The position numbers and the translations under genes were made by a program. The notes beneath the pieces were generated by a model that worked only from the letters and a program-made list of their open reading frames with translations, was not told the origin of the DNA and did not search any database. From Spirochaetia bacterium (lineage in GTDB: Bacteria > Spirochaetota > Spirochaetia > WTKD01 > G963693115): a DNA stretch of 64,000 nucleotides. Within the stretch, counting starts at the first letter, position 1. Each line of letters begins with the position of its first letter. The stretch lies in contig OZ244590.1 in assembly GCA_965218205.1 (NCBI GenBank), forward strand, positions 1,064,640-1,128,639, in the 5' to 3' direction. Below, piece after piece: positions 61,407-64,000 of this stretch.

Positions 61407-64000
61407 ATGAAAAGAAATTATATATATATTAGTGTTTTTAGTGTTTTTGTTATTTTGATAAGTGCCTGTGAAGCTGATACTTCAACTAGCTCTGGCGGTG
61501 GGGATAATACTATCCTCTCCTCTGCGACTACACCATTAGAGGTAAGCGGTGTTACAGGTATTACTACCGATAGAAGTATTATATTGAAATGGCAAGCCCC
61601 AACGCTTACAAGCAGTCATAAGAAAGCAGATGGACAAGCACTCACAAAGGCAGATGTGTCCTACAAGGTATATCGTGTAGCAAAGGGAGGCAGTAACAGA
61701 ACTGTAGCAGAGATTAAAGCAGCAGATAAGAACCCGATAGCAGTAGCAAAGGGAACAACAAGTACAAATATAACTAATCTTACCCCTGCTACCACTTATG
61801 AAATAGTAGTACAAGCAGTCAATTCTACCGATACCACAAAAGTCTCTGCAGGAACGAAAGCAGAAGTGACTACCCTTAGCACTAATCAAGCTACCTCTCC
61901 GCCAGATGCCCGCAATGTTACAGGAAGCTCTACCGATATAAGTGCAAGAATAACATGGCAAGAGCCAACACTTACAAGCAGCCATAAGAAAGCAGACGGA
62001 CAAGCACTCACAAAGGCAGATGTGTCCTATAAGGTATATCGTGTAGCAAAGGGAGCAGGGACCCGAACAGTAGCACAGATTAAAGAAGCAGATACGACCC
62101 CGCTAGCAGTAGCAGAAGGAACAACAAGTATAAATATAACTAATCTTAATAAAAGTACTACTTATGAAGTAGTAGTACAAGCAGTCAATGCAACCGATAC
62201 TACAAAAGCCTCTACAGGAGTAAAAATAGAAGTAACTACCCTTGCTACTAATCAAGCAACAGCACCGCCAGACGCCCGCAGTGTTACCGCAGGAAGCCCA
62301 ACCGATACCAGTGTAGGCATATCATGGACAGCACCAGACCTTACAAGCAGTCATAAGAAAGCAGACGGACAAAACCTCACAGCAGCAGATGTATATTACA
62401 AAGTATACCGAGTAGTAAAGGGAAGCAATGCCCGAGATGTAGCAGAGATTAAAGAAGCAGATAAGAACCCGATAGCAGTAGCAAAGGGAACAACAAGTGT
62501 AAATATAACTAATCTTACCACTACTACTACCTATGAAGTAGTAGTACAAGCAGTCAATTCCACTGACCCCACAAAAGCCTCTACAGGCATACGAATAGAA
62601 GTAACTACCGATAACCTCGCCACCGCCCCCGCAGAGGCCCGCAGTGTTACAGGAAGTCCAATCGATACCAGTGTAGGCATATCATGGCAAGCCCCAGACC
62701 TTACAAGCAGTCACAAGAAAGCAGACGGACAAAGACTTACAATAGCAGATGTATCTTACAAAGTATACCGAGTAGCAAAGGGAAGCGATGCCCGAGATGT
62801 AGCAGAGATTAAAAAAGCAGATGCTACCCCGCTAACAGTAGTAAAAGGAACGACAAGTGTAAATATAACTAATCTTAATAAAACTACTACTTATGAAGTA
62901 GTAGTACAAGCAGTCAATTCTACCGATACTACAAAAGTCTCTACAGGAGTAAAAATAGAAGTAACTACCCTTGCTACTAATCAAGCAACCGCCCCTGCAG
63001 ATGCCCGCAGTGTTACCGCAGGAAGCCCAACCGATACCAGTGTAGGCATATCATGGACAGCCCCAGATCTTACAAGCAGTCACACGAAAGCAAACGGACA
63101 AAGACTCACAACAGCAGATGTATCTTACAAAGTATACCGAGTAGCAAAAGGAAGCGATGCCCGAGATGTAGCAGAGATTATAGCTGCAGATAATAACCCG
63201 CTAGCAGTAGCAAAAGGAACGACAAGTATAAATATAACTAATCTTACACATACTACCACCTATGAAATAGTAGTACAAGCAATCAATGCAACCGATACTA
63301 CAAAAGTCTCTACAGGAGTGAAAATAGAAGTAACTACCGATAACCTCGCCACCGCCCCCGCAGACGCTCGCAGTGTTACAGGAAGTCCAACCGATATAAG
63401 TGCAAGGATAACATGGCAAGAGCCAAATCTTACAAGCAGTCACAAGAAAGCAGACGGACAAGCACTCACAAAGGCAGATGTGTCCTATAAGGTATATCGT
63501 GTAGCAAAGGGAGCAGGGACCCGAACAGTAGCACAGATTAAAGAAGCAGATAATAACCCGCTAGCAGTGGCAAAAGGAACGACAAGTGTAAATATAACTA
63601 ATCTTAATAAAAATACTACTTATGAAGTAGTGGTACAAGCAGTCAATTCTACCGATATTACAAAAGTCTCTACAGGACTGAAAATAGAAGTAACTACCCT
63701 TGCTACTAATCAAGCAACAGCATCGCCAGATGCCCGCAATGTTAGAGGAAGTCCAACTGATAATAGTGTAGGTATATCATGGACAGCTCCAGACCTTACA
63801 AGCAGTCACAAGAAAGCAAACGGGCAAAGCCTCACAACAGCAGATGTATATTACAAAGTATACCGAGTAGTAAAAGGAAGCAATGCCCGAACAATAGTAG
63901 AGATTAAAGAAGTAGATACGACCCCGCTGGAAGTAGCAAAGGGAACAACAAGTACAACTATAAATAATCTTACTGGCAGTACTACTTATGAAATAGTGGT
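61407..64000 (+). CDS. FN3-repeat surface lipoprotein paralogue (3' end outside window)
   Basis: ATG 61407 after AAGGAG; near-identical to the 5' part of 55178-61033; no stop before the window end, so it is absent from the ORF track. Confidence 0.88.
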   Translation, partial: MKRNYIYISVFSVFVILISACEADTSTSSGGGDNTILSSATTPLEVSGVTGITTDRSIILKWQAPTLTSSHKKADGQALTKADVSYKVYRVAKGGSNRTVAEIKAADKNPIAVAKGTTSTNITNLTPATTYEIVVQAVNSTDTTKVSAGTKAEVTTLSTNQATSPPDARNVTGSSTDISARITWQEPTLTSSHKKADGQALTKADVSYKVYRVAKGAGTRTVAQIKEADTTPLAVAEGTTSINITNLNKSTTYEVVVQAVNATDTTKASTGVKIEVTTLATNQATAPPDARSVTAGSPTDTSVGISWTAPDLTSSHKKADGQNLTAADVYYKVYRVVKGSNARDVAEIKEADKNPIAVAKGTTSVNITNLTTTTTYEVVVQAVNSTDPTKASTGIRIEVTTDNLATAPAEARSVTGSPIDTSVGISWQAPDLTSSHKKADGQRLTIADVSYKVYRVAKGSDARDVAEIKKADATPLTVVKGTTSVNITNLNKTTTYEVVVQAVNSTDTTKVSTGVKIEVTTLATNQATAPADARSVTAGSPTDTSVGISWTAPDLTSSHTKANGQRLTTADVSYKVYRVAKGSDARDVAEIIAADNNPLAVAKGTTSINITNLTHTTTYEIVVQAINATDTTKVSTGVKIEVTTDNLATAPADARSVTGSPTDISARITWQEPNLTSSHKKADGQALTKADVSYKVYRVAKGAGTRTVAQIKEADNNPLAVAKGTTSVNITNLNKNTTYEVVVQAVNSTDITKVSTGLKIEVTTLATNQATASPDARNVRGSPTDNSVGISWTAPDLTSSHKKANGQSLTTADVYYKVYRVVKGSNARTIVEIKEVDTTPLEVAKGTTSTTINNLTGSTTYEIV

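Noticed and set aside
55307..63461. Recurrent Cys-rich minus-strand ORFs in the FN3 genes, and other short antisense ORFs in the track
   Set aside because: They are antisense shadows of ACA/GCA/GTA-rich codons and repeat only because the sense repeats do.

Overview
AT-rich bacterial chromosome segment, most likely from a spirochaete. The basis is gene order and families recalled from Borrelia/Treponema: M23-bactofilin-YaaR, gap-pgk-tpiA-secG, SurA-like/nusB/TPR, a BB0027/BB0028-like pair, and a 'LFAGG' solute-binding-protein signal. The housekeeping backbone (ald, grpE-dnaK-dnaJ, glycolysis, map, htrA) is interrupted by four accessory regions. (1) The main find is a stand-alone type VI CRISPR locus: 26 identical 36-nt repeats (GTTGT...ACAAC) with 25 spacers of 29-30 nt, followed by a 971-aa protein with terminal RxxxxH HEPN motifs and Cas13b/bt-like blocks. 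No cas1/cas2/csx27/csx28 is present, and an orphan hsdS follows. (2) A defence island: type III res, Fic, RhuM, mod, GmrSD-like protein, IS481 and an RloC-like protein, punctuated by a 41-bp palindromic repeat. (3) An uncharacterised catabolic cluster: HpsN/HisD-like dehydrogenase, SDR, three SnoaL-like proteins and a sugar-type ABC transporter, containing a 400-bp insertion with a 19-bp duplication. (4) A tandem family of FN3/DUF285 surface lipoproteins, two of which have poly-T tracts between -35 and -10, suggesting phase variation. All family calls come from motif recognition by eye; no database searches were run.
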